From Phoronis australis (taxonomy: Eukaryota > Animalia > Phoronida): a stretch of 64,000 nucleotides of DNA. Positions within the stretch are counted from its first letter, which is position 1. Every line of letters starts with the position of its first letter. Below are positions 62,851-64,000 of this stretch, piece after piece. A program made the position numbers and the translations under genes. The stretch spans positions 1,406,689 to 1,470,688 of the forward strand of contig NMRA01000023.1 in NCBI GenBank assembly GCA_002633005.1, written 5' to 3'. The notes under the pieces were generated by a model, which worked only from the letters and a program-made list of their open reading frames with translations, had not been told where the DNA came from and did not search any database.

Positions 62851-63574
62851 TTACTACCAACCAACCCCTCTACTTATTCTAGTAGGCTGATGTTAAGCTG
62901 CTGATTTACCAACGCACCCTCGAGACTTCGTCTCAACTGGCTGAGTTCAATGATGGTAGCCGACTGCTCGAAGCCGGTAATGATCCTGTCCGTGACAGGT
63001 ATTACAGGTATTATATCGAATTACGATTCGTTACAGGTTTATTGTCATTTTAACATTTGCTCTGTAATTGCAACCGTTTCGCTATGGCTGTCGATAGGTG
63101 TCACTGTGTCTGAACATATAAGTAAGCGCACAGTGATCATGCTTAAAGAACTAAGCGATATCACAGGACATAAAATTGTATCACTATAATTAAGTGCTTG
63201 TCTATTATTAGTTCACATATTCTGATCAAATGTTGTTGTAGGTACGTATACATGGATCCTCTCAAAACACACACGAAACACCGACGCGCTTGGGAAATTG
63301 ATGACATATTTAAATATGCAATCGCTCAACATGGCCTTCAAAGCGAAATGTCAAAAATTTTGCTATGTCTCATTTTTTAGCATGTCAATTCAAAATTTCC
63401 AAGCCAAAAACCCTAATACAAACTTGTTAAACCGATTTCGAAATAAACCTGATGGACGTTTAGTTTGTGTGAAACGCGGCAAAATGTTTCCACAAAAATA
63501 GTCGAGGCCTGTGACCTTCCCTCCCTCCTTCTCTTTCTAAGCAAGCAGGCACAAGCAGGCAGGAAGAGCGGATG

Positions 63575-63778
63575 GGAGTGAGAGAGAGGGAGGGAGAGAG
63601 TGAGAGAGAGGGAGGGGNNNNNNNNNNNNNNNNNNNNNNNNNNNNNNNNNNNNNNNNNNNNNNNNNNNNNNNNNNNNNNNNNNNNNNNNNNNNNNNNNNN
63701 NNNNNNNNNNNNNNNNNNNNNNNNNNNNNNNNNNNNNNGGGGAAGAGTGAGAGAGAGGGAGGGGGAGAGTGAGAGTGA
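63575..63778. repeat. GA-rich microsatellite spanning an assembly gap (N at 63618-63738)
   Basis: (GA)n/GAGG purine tract on both sides of the Ns. Confidence 0.9.
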
Positions 63779-64000
63779 AAAGCATTTATTCCGAACCAAA
63801 CGCTGAGTGACTGACAGCGCCGATAAAAATAACTACAGCTTGGGTGGTTCTAGGTGGCCCCTGGAAGGTATAGAAAGGGTAAAATTGGATAGGCCTACTA
63901 CTAGGGCAATTTAAGATTAATAGTGTGCATAAACATTAAATGTTAGGTGTTGTGCAGTCATTATGTGATTCTATACAAGGACAGTATCTATGCTGTATAC

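Overview
AT-rich, intron-rich animal genomic DNA (a bilaterian invertebrate by inference) with two assembly gaps. The main feature is a + strand GABA-B receptor subunit 2 (GABBR2-like class C GPCR) gene. I could reconstruct 19 phase-consistent GT-AG exons (14504-43790, about 971 aa) covering the Venus flytrap domain, 7TM, coiled coil and a long cytoplasmic tail. The N-terminal exon was not found and probably lies upstream of the window. Converging on it from the - strand (58996 to 45189) is a multi-exon gene that I do not recognise. It encodes an acidic secreted protein with a signal peptide, furin/PC cleavage sites, a G-KKR amidation signal, an EGSG glycosaminoglycan site and tyrosine-sulfation-like motifs (granin/prohormone-like). 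A 226-bp RTE retroposon fragment has inserted at one of its 5' splice sites, and the target-site duplication has copied that donor. The rest is transposon debris: an Academ-like element, a solo LTR, Penelope-like fragments (one pair inverted), LINE RT and RNase H remnants, several MITE families (some nested), minisatellites and microsatellites. No CRISPR, rRNA or intact tRNA was found.
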